64,000 nt of DNA from Euprymna scolopes (lineage: Eukaryota): assembly GCA_053919585.1 (NCBI GenBank), contig CM132785.1. One strand, given 5' to 3'. Position numbers and translations under genes: made by a program. Positions 43,570 to 58,055 of this stretch are shown here, piece after piece (the first letter of the stretch is position 1; the number at the start of each line of letters is the position of its first letter). A model generated the notes under the pieces. The model was not told the DNA's origin, made no database searches, and saw only the letters and a list, made by a program, of their open reading frames with translations.

Positions 43570-46500
43570 TCTATAGAAAGCAAGTCAGCAGATAAATAAC
43601 AATAGAAATATATCGCTAATATATTACAAATAAAATATGATCAAATAAAACTTTTTAAAAATATTACTAAAAGTAAAATTAAACTATCAATAATAATAGT
43701 AATGATAATAAACCGAATTTTTAAATTTTCTTATATGCATATTATTTTTAGTGTGTTCTATAGTAAATGGTAATAAATATAAACAAATGAACTTTATAGC
43801 GCTAACCTCCTTGACCTCCTCCTAAACTGTTCAAAGCATGCCTTGCTTTCCGAAGGTCAAAAGCCAACTCTGGGCATGCGGCTGCTTCACATTCAGCTAT
43901 AACTCTTTCAAGACCGTCTTTGTCCGCATCTCTTGTGCATTTTTTCAGTTCTTCGCGAAGTTTTGCAGGTGTTTTCTCTTCTGCTGATCAAAATTTCACC
44001 AAGTTTAATAAAAAGAGAAATTATAGTAACTGTACTTTCTAGAAAAGTAAATCGGTCTAAAGCGAAAATAAATAAAACGCAAAAATTCTTTAAAATACTG
44101 CAGGTAAAAGCATTATAAAAGAAAAAAAAGCGAACCTTCTTCACCCTCTTGAAAGCTTTGAAGAGCATCTCTTGCCTCTTGTATGTTATCTTGCAACTCT
44201 GGAAATCCAGACGCTACGCATTCGTTGATCATTCTTTCCAGATACTTAGGATTTTTCCGTCTAATCGCCTGCGTCAATTTCATACGTAACAAATCAGGTG
44301 ATATTGATCCTAATAACCAAAATATGTCATTTTAATCTATAATCTTCCAAAAATAATTTCACATGATAGAAAATTAGTATTGTTTACGATAAAAACTTCT
44401 CGGATTTATATCTGATTTTCATATACATTAGCATATGAATCAAAAATAGAAAAAGATAGACCTAATAATTCAGCGCATTGCCCGTTTCCTGTAGTTTTCA
44501 AGAGCGAAGAAAAAGATATAATATTACATTGCTCTTTACAAACTCCATGAAACAATCTGCGAAACATAGATCTTCATTTTCCATTTTATCAGACCATCTG
44601 ATTTATTTTATCCTTCTATTATCATGTCTGTATACACTTGGGGTTGACGCAATTTTGATACAATTTTGATAAGATTATTATAAAATATTATGCTAACCTC
44701 CGCGACCACCGCCTAAAACTTCAAGAGTTTCTCTGGCTTTACAAAGATCCTCACTCAATTCTGGATATGCAAAAGTCTCACATTCACTGATGACGGCTTC
44801 CAGTATTGATTTATCTCCTTTGTCAATGGCTGATTGCAGTCGCTCGCGTAAGGCGACAGCCGATGTCAGCTCTGCCAAACAGAATTATTCATTATTATAT
44901 TGAGTCAGATAAAATTAAAATTTTACAAATAATTAAGCTTATAAAGAATTAGTTTATCATTGCGAACAGGAAAATTATGTTCACCTTATTAAAATGAGAC
45001 CGACTTATTGATTTGCATTTTATTTAATTATTTAAATAACTTATTCTTTTGTTTTTAATATATAATTTTTTCTTTTATTATGGTAGGAATATTTACNNNN
45101 NNNNNNNNNNNNNNNNNNNNNNNNNNNNNNNNNNNNNNNNNNNNNNNNNNNNNNNNNNNNNNNNNNNNNNNNNNNNNNNNNNNNNNNNNNNNNNNNNNNN
45201 NNNNNNNNNNNNNNNNNNNNNNNNNNNNNNNNNNNNNNNNNNNNNNNNNNNNNNNNNNNNNNNNNNNNNNNNNNNNNNNNNNNNNNNNNNNNNNNNNNNN
45301 NNNAGTTTCTGGTGATTAAATAAACCAAGATTAAACTTATGTATAGTATCAATTGAAATAAAAAATAGTGCCCTTTCAAAAGTAATTGATCATTCTGATT
45401 ATTTCTACTATAACACTGTAGTACACCATACGCGTATGCATTTCGACATTTTTATCATATACACTTAAACCTTCACACAATTTATGGCAAAAGACAGATG
45501 GTTGAACACAAAACATAAAATATATCTGTCGAAATATAAAATAAACACAAATTTCACTATATCTAAAAATGTATTGCTATATTTAAAAAATCTTAATAAT
45601 TAGAAGAATGTACATTTTGATCCCTAGTATTATTTTCAATGAAATTTGAAGGCTAACCTCCTTTTCCGCCTTTGACTTGATCAAGTATATTCCTTGCTTG
45701 GTCAATATCCGAATCGAGTTCACCCAGCCCAGCTGAGACACACTCGTTAATAACTTGCTCCAAATTTCGTTTATCTCTTTTCTTCATCGCCTGTGCCAGT
45801 TTTTCTTTTAATGAATCTTCCGTTTTAGTTCCTGATAACGTAAAAAATTGTGTAAAAAATACGTTTTATATTTAACATAATCATTATTCTTTATTACATA
45901 TACGATGTGTATATATTCATTACTTTAATCGGTGTGTGATCAATCTCAAATTAAATTCCTTTATGATTGCAAAAAATATAATTACTAATTATGTATAGTC
46001 ATGAGAAAGGTGGAAGATAGAAAAGTGAGCTATGAGATGAGTAATAAGTCGGGTCCGGTTTTCGGTTAGGGTTAGTGTAAGAAATGTACTTAAAGCTTTA
46101 AAGAAAATCGGTTAAAACTAAAACAAATTAAAAGGGGGTATATATACAGTAAATTAATTTATGGTAATATTGGATTGGTAAAAAATTCGTTAGTGTTTTA
46201 GTCTTATTCTAATCTAAAAACCAAATGAATCTTGGTACCAACCATATACACATTTGATAATTACAAAACATTTATATAATAGTAGGAATAGTCACGTGTT
46301 TGTGTATTCATAAGTAATATATTTATAAAGAGATTGCTAAATAGAAGAATCGCATAGAAAATTCAAAAGACAATTTGTATTCATCATCTCATTACCATAT
46401 ATGAAGTTGTATCGGCATAATATTTTACAAAATATAAAAAGGCTCTCCACGAAGATTGGAAGCGATACGTTGATGAATGGGAAGATATAGGAAAAGCGCG

Positions 46501-47978
46501 GTAAAGTAAAATACAATCTTGATCGTAAATAACGTGGATGAATTTACAGCTCTAATTAGTACAGTTTTAAATCACTAGAAATAAAATAAATCACACAAAA
46601 ACAAAAATATATTATGTTTATCATGCACAGGACTACGTTGATATATACGTCGAATGCTAACCTCCATTTCCACCTCCCAAATGTTTTAAGGCTGCACGAG
46701 CTTCTCGAAGCGCGTAACTCAATTCTGGTAGGGAGGCAGCTTCACATTCTCGTATTGCTTTCTCTAAATCAGATTTGTCTTGTTTCTTTACAGATTTTCG
46801 AAGACGCGCACGAAGACTTTCTGGCGTAATCAAATCTAGAAATCAGAAACAACTTAGGATAAGTGAAAAAGAAAACAATTTGTAAAATAGTCATTTACTC
46901 TAATTCATTTATCTTGATTGTACCAAAATTTAATTTAGAATAAGTTGTTGGAGCATATAATAATATGAAAATATACCTATGGCAAATGATTTACATAGAA
47001 ACCTTTATGATTCATTCTCGAAGACAATCATCAGGCTCATTGGCAATTAGTCAGATGATATTCCCCGGGAATTAAGTGCAAATGTTACTTTGTAGCTTAC
47101 TTGCAATAAATATATTTTATGATTCTACTAAGCTATACTCATGTATTGAATACTATTAAAATAAATACTAAAAATATATGTAATGTATCATATAAATTAG
47201 TAATATATGTGTACATGTATGAGATAAAGTGAAAGTACGAATATATACCAATCAAATGCTTTCAAAAGAAAACAAAATGAACCTTACCGTAAAATTGCTT
47301 AAAACTCAAACACGTGCAATGTTCATAATACGATGATAACCCGCACACAAACACGTACAGATATAACAAAATTCTTATGAAATGAATATCACTAACTATC
47401 TAGTTTATTACACCTGGTGAACCAAGTGCAAGAGAGATAAAGTCAATTGCACTTGAAGGGACGGTTTCAATTTTGAAAGATCTATCGGTTTAAGTCTCTG
47501 AAATAATCAGTTAATAAATTGAAAATAAAGTAATCAATAAATAAATTGAATCTGATAGAATGTTCTCAACAGAACACAAGAAAATAAAACAAAAACATGT
47601 ATGTGTGGTCGATTCTGTTGTAAAGTCAAGTATACAAGTATACAAACAATTAAAATTGTAAAGTCAAGTATACAAGTATACAAACAATTAAAATATATAT
47701 CACGCAAGAAGCCAACCTTCTTTTTCATCTTCTAATACTTCCAGTTCCTTGAGAATATGTCTTGCTTCTTGTATTTCGGGACTGAGTTCTGGAAAACCAG
47801 AAGCCACACATTCGTTGATTACTTTTTCCAAATTCATTCTGTTTTTTCTTCTAATAGCACGCTTTAATTTCCCAAGGAGAGTATCGGCTGATAATGATCC
47901 TAGGAAAGACACGGTTAATCAGTATAAAATACCTAACGAAGAACTTAAATATAAATTAACTTGAATAATTATAATTAG

Positions 47979-48049
<71 letters not shown>

Positions 48050-50948
48050 GAGAGAGAGAGACAGACCGACAGACAGACAGATGGAGAGAGATGTTTCATA
48101 TAAAAAGAATCATAAGTATTCAGAAAATGTGCGTAAATTTTAAATATACAACTTAAAAAGAATGATGTATTTCGTGCAAGTGTATTTAGATTCAAGCACA
48201 AATAAAATGTGAATATTTATGATATCATGCTGGGCTGAAGTGGAAAACATCATGATCAAATTCCTAGCTAACCTTGACGGTCTCCACCAAGTATTTCCAA
48301 ACTGTCCCTTGCTTTGGCCAGATCAGAACCGAGTTCTGGAAATTTAGCTGTTTCGCATTCTCTGATGGCTTTCTCTAAGGCAGCTCTGTCCTTTGATTGA
48401 GTCGCTTCCTGGAGTTGTTTACGTAATTCCTCAGGCGATTTTGCTTCTAAGAAGCGAGATAAGAAATGTACTATATAGGGGATTCTGAATCACAATATAA
48501 TGATGAGGACATTAATAGGAATAACACACTTAATAAATGTTTCTTTTGCTTAGTTATTGAGAACAATAAATATAATTGTCCATAGAATTACGTAAAAAAC
48601 TACATTTTCGGCCTAATAGCTAGATGGTTCTATAACAGGAGAAAATGTGACAACATTATTAAATCATAATAAATCAAGTAACATGAATTCAAGAAACTAG
48701 TTAAGATTTAGTCAATACAAACATAAATGGCTATATTTTAGGCCCTAATATGTAAATTTCAATTAACATGATTGGCTTGGTTTTTATCAATCTTATTTTT
48801 TAATTATTCAATGCAGAAACACACTATTTATGTAAACAGTTGATTATAAACGATTTATTAAAAGCAAGTTGCTAGTTGATAAAAACGCATAGTGATATTT
48901 ATATCTCTCCTTATTTTATAATAATAGCAAGTCAATGTGACAGATTTTTTAACTTGGCTTTAAGTATTTGGATTTGAACTTAGCTTTAAGTATTTCATAT
49001 TCAGCATTGGTAGCCATTGCACCTTTTATGTAACCATCTTACAATAAAAGTGCTAATGAACTACAATAATTACCCTAATTATAAATTTAATACGTAGCGA
49101 ATTTCTCACGAATTATCCGTACTCCCAGAGGAACACAATTCTCATTAAACAGTACATTATGTAAGTTTTTACTTACATTAATTTCATCAATTTAATCAAT
49201 CGAAAAAATTGATCAGTTCACATAAAATGAATTGGATATGAATAAACTGTGCATCATCGATTAATCTTTTCGCTTAGAGTAAAGAATAGTATCTGTTTCG
49301 ATGTTGCAATTCGTCTAGTATAAAAAGATCTCTTCTGAATTGGCTAGTATAAAAAGATCTCTTTTAGATTGAGGCAACTTTTATTTACGATTAACTCGTA
49401 TGTCCCAATTCAGAGTAGCTCTTTTAGGGAGTTAGATTTTCCCAACATTAAAAAACCGCTTCATGTCTAACTCTGCCCTCATAAAGAGGCAAATTAGAAC
49501 TATGCATCCGTGAAATTTCAGAAAATCGTTGTTTTATAGAAATATTAACTGTACCAACCTGGCATTGTCAGGGTGGAGATAAATTATCGAGCAGGAAGCT
49601 TATAGAAAAATAATTTAAAATCTAGACATGTTTATATTTTTCACTTATTTGTTTGAGTTTTGATTTCAGTAAATATTCGATTAATAATAAATAAAAAAAT
49701 AATTCAATGCGTATTTAGCAAATTTCAAATATGCAAGATACACACTAACGCACTATATATTGTCTAATAGTTAATATCTTTATTAATACAGAAATAAAAT
49801 AAATAAATATTTCCTTTGAAGATATCTGATTACATATCTATTATTAATGAAAACAAATGGTTAAGGGCTCGGTGAAACTCTAACCTTTTGGAAGATCTCC
49901 TAATTCCTTCAGTAATTCTTTAGCCTGCAAAATGTCGGCGTCAAGCTCTGGCAATCCTAAAGCCAGACTCTTGTTAATGGCTTCTTGCAACGCAGATTTG
50001 TCTTTCGTTTCAGAAGCGCTTTGTAATTTCTCTCGCAATGGTTCTATAAACTCTGATCCTGACAGACGACATAGAAAAGAAACATACGTTAAATATCAGT
50101 TTCACCATTTTTCTTATTTATAAAATTTATTTTATTTCAACGTAAAAAGAAGTTCAAATTATTTTTAAGCAAAGATTTAAGCTAACCTCCACGGTCACCT
50201 CCTAACTTTTCTAATGCTTCTCGTGCTTTTCGTACATCTGAGCCTAATTCTGGAATGCAAATCTTTTCAGCATCCTCTATCGCCTTCTTCAATAGCGATA
50301 TGTCTTTGCTTCTCGTCGCCTTTCTAAGCTGGTCGCGTAGTTGGTCGAGTCCTTTAGATACAGAAAAAAAGACACGTAATTATTACTAATTAAATCACGG
50401 TAAAAAGACTCACAAAAATTGAAATACCAAAAGAAATTCGATTTGTTGTGTAAAATATCAGCACACAATGAATATAGCATAATCAGATTATAACAAGTAC
50501 TGAACGTTATCGCATATTGATTGATACGTTTAATTAAACACAGTCTGTATATTATAATTTTTACAATATTACATAGAAGCTGGTTTATTTTAGTAAATGC
50601 ACTCCTAGGAAGACATTCTCATAACTAACATTTATCAGAGAAGAATCGTTAAAATTGAAGTTCCTACGCTATTTTTCAGATGAATATAAATTAAAACAAT
50701 GATTTATGAGAGAATTTACAAAACTGAACAAGTTTTTATTTCATATTTGAAAATATTTTGCGTCGGTCGACATTTATGCATAATTATGACTATTAGGAAT
50801 ATGTTCCTTGGATAATATTTGCAGGTAACCAAACTAGAAAAGCATTTTCAAATATTTGAGTTTAATCATACAAACTAAATAGGATTTTCTTCAATCTAAT
50901 GAGTTTTTAGAGGTCAGTATTCCAACATTATGAAAATAAGAAGATTCG

Positions 50949-51013
<65 letters not shown>

Positions 51014-54000
51014 TATTATTATGAAAGTTGACAGCTTTAAATTAATGAAAGTTTAGTAGTAAAATAGGGATATTATTTGTAAAAGGCAAATTGAATAAAC
51101 GATCGTAATATATGGTAGAAGGCAAATTAAATCAAAATGATCTTACTATAGACATCTTTATTGTATGAGTAAATAAGTGAATTGTGAATAAATAATGCAT
51201 AATATATACTACATTACGAGTACTACAAAATCCATTGGCAAATGATCTAATTGAAAAAAATACCTTAAAAATTATAAAACAATTTGCCAAAGCCCATAAG
51301 TTTACGGGTTCATTGCTTGAATAAAAATATTATACTTATAATTTACTATTTATTTAATATACCTGATGTAACAATCTGTTTTAGACTGCTTACACGTTAA
51401 CACAATATCTATAGGCCTACCACAAAACCGTGAAACGTCTCCTCGTTTATGACATTTGTACTTAAAAACAAAAATTGATTTTATCTCAAGCATATAAAAA
51501 AAGAAGGCCAACCTTCTGGAGTTTTGCCCAACTCTTCAAGAAGTTCCCTTGCTCGGCTTATTTCTTCGTCCAGTTCTGGCATTCCCGCAGACACGCATTC
51601 ATTAATCACTTTTTCAAGATTTCGCATGTCTTTACGTCGCATAGCGCGCTTCAGTTTCTCAATAAGTGCCCCAGGCGTCTTTATTCCTGAGGGTTAAAAT
51701 TAGATGTTCACAAAAATGATCACATTTCAATAAACTTATTGTCTTCATTATCCTATCCTATATTAGTACGTACTTAATCTAATGAATTGCATATTGGATC
51801 TGTTAATACAATGAGGCATTATTTGATGAAAATATAAAGATAGAATTAAATATATATATGTTATGACGTTCAAACTCTGAGGTTCATTTCGCTAGCCACA
51901 TTACGTTATCATTTCCCCCGCTTCTTATACTAATAATACTAATAACTAATACACATAGCGATAGACTAGCTAATACGCTATAATTATCGTTATTACAGAC
52001 CTTCATAATCCGAACAAATAGTCTGTAAAATCATCGATTAGTTCAGTGATCATTTTCATTTTCGTTCTCAATAATCTACACAATTTATAAAAGTTAAACA
52101 AAATAATTCACCAAGCATACAAAGTAAAAAAGATACTAATAATCCTCATTAACATGGACAATACAAAAATATAAAACTATCCACTGCATAGAAACATATA
52201 AAATGCAAAGCACTAAAATAGTATTATGATGCTAACCTCCTCTGCCTCCGCCTAAAGCTTCCAATATGTCTCTGGCTTTCCGAAGGTCAGTTCCTAATTC
52301 AGGATAAGCAGCTTCTTCACAGTCAATAATGGCCCTTTCCAAAGCCTGTTTATCTTTCAGTGCAATAGCGGTGTTCAATCTGGCGCGAATGACGTCGGGA
52401 GTTTTAGAGCCTAAGTACACGTGACAAATTGTATATTTAAATAAATAAAAACTAAAATAAAAATAAAAAAAGAACAAATATTTTTACAATAATTTTGCGT
52501 ACCTACTTTAAAATTAAGCGATAATTAATTCCAGTGAAATGCTGTCACGTTATGGAGAACAAATTTTCTACCTTGACATTTAATATTGGAAATAGAAACG
52601 CATAATTTATTATTTTTTTAATTTGCGTTCATATTTAAGTATTATTGTTTATAAAATATCGTTAAATTCTTAATGAAAAACGCAGGCGTTAATCCTTTTC
52701 GCTGTTTCCAAATACTAAATTACCTTTTCCAACTTAGCAGAATGTATGCATTTATATACACACATTTATGTGTTATCTGTATATAAATTATATTCATATA
52801 ATTTATATATATATTAGCATATATGCTATATGTTTAGCTGCGTAAATTTGTTAGATGTTGATAAGCATGTGTTATTGGCTCAGATGGCTGTGAATACCGC
52901 TAGTGAGCTAAATGTTTTGGTTTCGATTTTAGCTGATGACACCGAAGTTATGTATTCTAAACAAGTGAAATGAATACTATAAATTGGGTACATTATTATA
53001 ATGACTAGATAATTAGCACTATAATAATAAATAGGTAATTGTTAACGTTATAGAAGTAGTCATCGGTTAGAAATTTCTGGCAATACGTTGTCAGACAATA
53101 TTTTCACTTTTATTTATTATGTATAGTTCTGTCAACGACAAGCCACTGTGTTGAGTAAACAGCGAGAAATGCCATATTAACTTTTTAGTAAGTGTTTATT
53201 CATATCTAATAACTCATCAGTTGAATGATAACTATTGATGAGAATGAAATTCAGCAGAATATAAACAAGTGAATGGAAACACTTGCTAAATATTATCCTA
53301 AGTTAAGATGTTTATAGTTAGTTACTAGAGCTTCATTTATTTAATACAGGAGCATCCAAAGCGTAGAACTGGCGTAATCGTCAATGGCAGAAAAATTGTT
53401 AATATGTGATTCAAACATAAATGCTCATTTTTTTTACACAGATTTAAATATATAAAATGAATTTTACACAAAATAGAATTGTATGATTATAGTAATGATC
53501 TGAGAGATTAACTGAATTATGCAAGTTCAACTGCGTCCGCTAAAAATAATATTCTCTTATTTTGCAAAATATTTTGTCTTTCTAAAGCTAAACAGGTGTG
53601 ATTTAGATTGAAATCATTATAGAGATAAGGATCTAACCTCCACGACCACCTCCTAACATGAATAAAACATCTCTGGCATGGTTTATGTCTGAATCAAGTT
53701 CAGGAAATCCGGCGGCGACACATTCATTAATAACCCTTTCTAGAGTCGGACGATTTCTCTGGGTAATGGCCACTTGCAGTTTTCCACGAAGTTCCTCTGC
53801 CGATTTATGTCCTAATAGACGGAACAAAGTGCATCAATTAAAACTCTAAATACACACAAAAATGTTTATCATTACAATACATCATTAAATCATTCACACC
53901 ATTTTCGAAACTTAAATATTTATCGATGTCTTACATACTTAGACCTTTGATTTGTTTGTATAAATACTCATGGATAAATCGATCACATGTATTTGACAAA

Positions 54001-56561
54001 CTTTAATTTGTTTGCCTACATACCTGTGTATGACAATTTCGTATATTTGTCGGTTTTTCATTTATTTACTTACATATTCGTGTATAAGTTGCTGTCGAGT
54101 ATATATACTAAGCCGATTCAATATGTTGACTTTTGATTTGTTTGATTACATACTTGTGAAATCATTTAATATTGTATGCATGCCAACTCTTCAGTTGTTT
54201 ACCTACATGCGTATGTATGAGTATACCTTTGATATGCCGACCCCTAGCTTTTGTTTTTCTAAATACCCGTGTATAAGTTGAGCATGTGTATAAGGTCGGT
54301 TTATCTTGGTAAATATTTAATATCCGAAACAACAGAAACATTAATCCGTTATCTTTAAACCATATCCGAATTTTAAAACGTATAGATCAACTAATACTTA
54401 CATGTTTTACTGATAGAGAATATTGAGTGTTGTAAGTAAACACTTCGGCCATGTATATAAATGGGTGCAACATATCAACACTTTTTGGATTACGTGTTAC
54501 TGAAATATAACACTTTATTTATTTATTATAAACGAGTGACTGAAAACAGGCGTGTATTCGAAAGAAATTGTCTGTTCATATCTATTCAAACAGCATAAGT
54601 GTGAAAATTCAAGAGACCCGATAAAATAAGAATTCCGTACAGTCGATGACATAGTCCACGGCTGTATCTATTAGGTAAACCACACACTATCCGAAAAATT
54701 GAGAAAGGTGTATTTTAAAAACATACAAACACATCTAAAATAATAATAATAACAACTCATTAACCAGATTCCGATTTATTTAAGAAAGCTATATAGTGCA
54801 TTTTCATTAAAAATAATCATAGATAATAACTAAGAAAAAAGATATTAAAAAAATGTAATAAATTTTGCCGCTAACCTCCAACACCACCCCCTAGGTGTTC
54901 AAGAATGGATCTAGCCCTTCGGAGCTCAGAGCCTAATTCAGGATACCCTGCAACTTCACATTCGCCAATAGCATCTTCCAGACCCTGTTTATCTTGCCCG
55001 GTGACTGCCAACTTCAATTTCTTACGAAGGGAGTCAGGCGATTGTGTTTCTAAATTGAAAAATGGATAAGCATTAATGTAAAATTGGCAATATGACAACG
55101 TTTTCATTATTTATACGTAACATAAATGCTTACTAAAATTATAACGTATTGTCTAGATTTTTACTCTGTATAAGCTAGATGCATAAATATTAACACAGCA
55201 ATTTATTTATATTAATTGTTGAGATTATTATTTTAATTCCTGTTGCTGTTATATTAAGGCCGTTTTTATCGTTGTACTCTCCGGGCCTTTTGAATATATG
55301 TGACTTTTATAGGATTGTAATCTGAACCTTTTACAAACGCGTTGGGATGTACTTCATCCAAGGAATGTCCCAGGAACGGGTAGTGATTAAAAGCACATGA
55401 AGAAGGCCAGAGAGTACAATGACTGAAAGATGTGAAGTTAGAAACAACAAAAATGAGAAAAACATCCTAATATATTTATGTAATGGAAATAACAATATTT
55501 CAGCTCAGAAATATCGTTAAATGCCAATGNNNNNNNNNNNNNNNNNNNNNNNNNNNNNNNNNNNNNNNNNNNNNNNNNNNNNNNNNNNNNNNNNNNNNNN
55601 NNNNNNNNNNNNNNNNNNNNNNNNNNNNNNNNNNNNNNNNNNNNNNNNNNNNNNNNNNNNNNNNNNNNNNTTTTGAGATTTATTTCTTTGTAGAAATTTA
55701 TCTCATAAATTTACTGCATTTACGTAAGAGTGTTCAATAACAAGTAGAGTTATGCTTTAGTATACATTTTTATTTAAGCAAACACTTTGTCAATATATGT
55801 GTAAACATGTCTTGATTATTACCTTAGCAAATTAAAATCTCCTCAGTCTATAGACAAAATATATATGCGTAGCCAAAACATTTATATAAATATAAATTTT
55901 ATTCTAAATACGCATGAGTATATATAGGAAAAGAGAGACAGACAGAGAAATTGACAGAGAGAAGGGATAGAGTTAAAAGGCATTTTTAAGCATAACGTAT
56001 TTCATTGTTTGAGTAAAAAGTGTTTTTGACTCTAACCTCCTTGACCACCACCTAAAATATCAAGCACATCTCTCGCTTTGTGTACTTCTGTGTCCAATTC
56101 GGGAAATCCAGATGCTACACATTCGTTAATAACTCTTTCCAAGTGTGGTTTGTCTTTCCAACGTACAGCCAACTTTAGTTTTCCGCGCAAACTGTCAGGA
56201 TTTTTAAATCCTGTCAATTAAAATAAAATAAAAATAAAGAAAAACGGAAAAATGTAAATTCGATAAATTGCTACTACATTATTTAGACTTCATCATTACC
56301 ATTATCTGAATTACTAGTTGATTAGATTTGATTAATTTTTGCCCAGTAGATTTTAAATAATTTTGTGATTCTTTATTGATTTAGTATTTTTTAAAATAAA
56401 ATCCACATTTATTGCCTCACAATTATCGACATAAATATACGTTTGGATGGTGTGCGTCAATCTAAAATACAGTTCTTGAGAAATATGTACGAAATATTTA
56501 TATAATAAATGTATAAATCTATCTATCTAACTATCTATATATATATATATATATTTCTATA

Positions 56562-56617
<56 letters not shown>

Positions 56618-57999
56618 GTGTGGATAGTTAGATGTAGGAAAATACATGTTTTTGGAAATACTAATTTCTATTAATCAATATTTTTTAAGTAAAAGCTCAA
56701 TGATGATAGGTAGCATGTAACATTAAAACATATATAAATAGACAATATTAGGTTACTTTGTGGTGACTAATATTGTATTCACTTTAGTGTTCATTTATTT
56801 CAAACAAAAACTTCGGTGTGTTTTTACGATAGTTTCGTCCACAGAAAACCATCCGTGAACAAAACAAACATTTCTGTCAAAATGTAGTTAAGCCTTTTTA
56901 TTGAAAAAATGAACAAAATCTGTCTCACTTAAATATAGCACCTCACATATATAAACAGGCAACAGCAGTGGGCATTCAGTATTTTCTACACTAGTTATGT
57001 GGACGATTTTTTCATCCTCACATCATCTCGCGAAAAAAACAATAAAATTCTAACTAAAACATTATCCACACTCACACATACCATAAGAAAGTATTATAAT
57101 ATAAAAGCCTGCAAATTTTCGTATTGGCCCATAGAACCAGAAATGTAAGCATTTCAATATTCAGTTTGGCGACGAGTATAGATTTATCCATATATAGATA
57201 TAACACTTTTTGGGGGCAATTTTATAAGTTCGAAATCTCGGCAACTACTGATCAGAATGTAACAAATAAAGGCTCGTTGGAAATGACCTGAATTATGTAG
57301 TGGGTTATGTGACATATGCCCTTAAGGTCAGACATTACTGTTCCAAGAAGTAGGGGATCACTTTTCTATATTAATTTAACGTAAAATGAACATCCGTTTT
57401 ATGGCCACCTTAGCTATAAAGTGGATGTTCATTTTACGTTAAATTAATATAGAAAAGTGATCCCCCACTTTATAATTTCTACATATCTTGGAAACTAATT
57501 GCTTCCTGGGATTTTACTGCTATTTTCGTTTTCAGCACCCCTCGAAAACCTATAATTAATTTTAAAGGATTTTCGTGGGTGGAAAGATACTGCACCTTTA
57601 GTTATTGATAGTGATTTTCTTTTCCTAGTTTTGCACATTTACTTAATTTACGAAATATCTGATATTTTCCCAAAACCTTTGGCCTTGGTGGGGGAGAGAC
57701 AAAAACTTACTTCTACGGTTTCAAATGATCTGAAATAACAGCAAGGGGAGACTTGATTCCAAATATTTCTCATATGTTATATCTCCCCTCTTTGATTTTT
57801 ATACATAAAGTAAATTTCACAGTGTATACGGATTATTTGATACTGGAGATATTCATAATCGTACCCTATTTCCAAAAGAGGGGAGATATAACATATGAGA
57901 AATATTTTGAATCAAGCCTCGTCTTGCTGTTATTTAAGATCATTTGAAACCATAGCAGCAAGTTTTTGTCTCCTCTCCATCAAAGCCAGAGGTTTTGGG

Positions 58000-58055
<56 letters not shown>

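Noticed and set aside
1230-53849. Plus-strand ORFs containing SSSGIPAATHSLIT-like motifs
   Set aside because: They are antisense shadows of the type A exons, with no independent splice or coding signal.
55380-55470. Assigning the organism to octopod cephalopods from repeat style
   Set aside because: It resembles hammerhead-bearing repeats I recall from octopods, but I cannot verify this without a search, so taxonomy is left as invertebrate-like.
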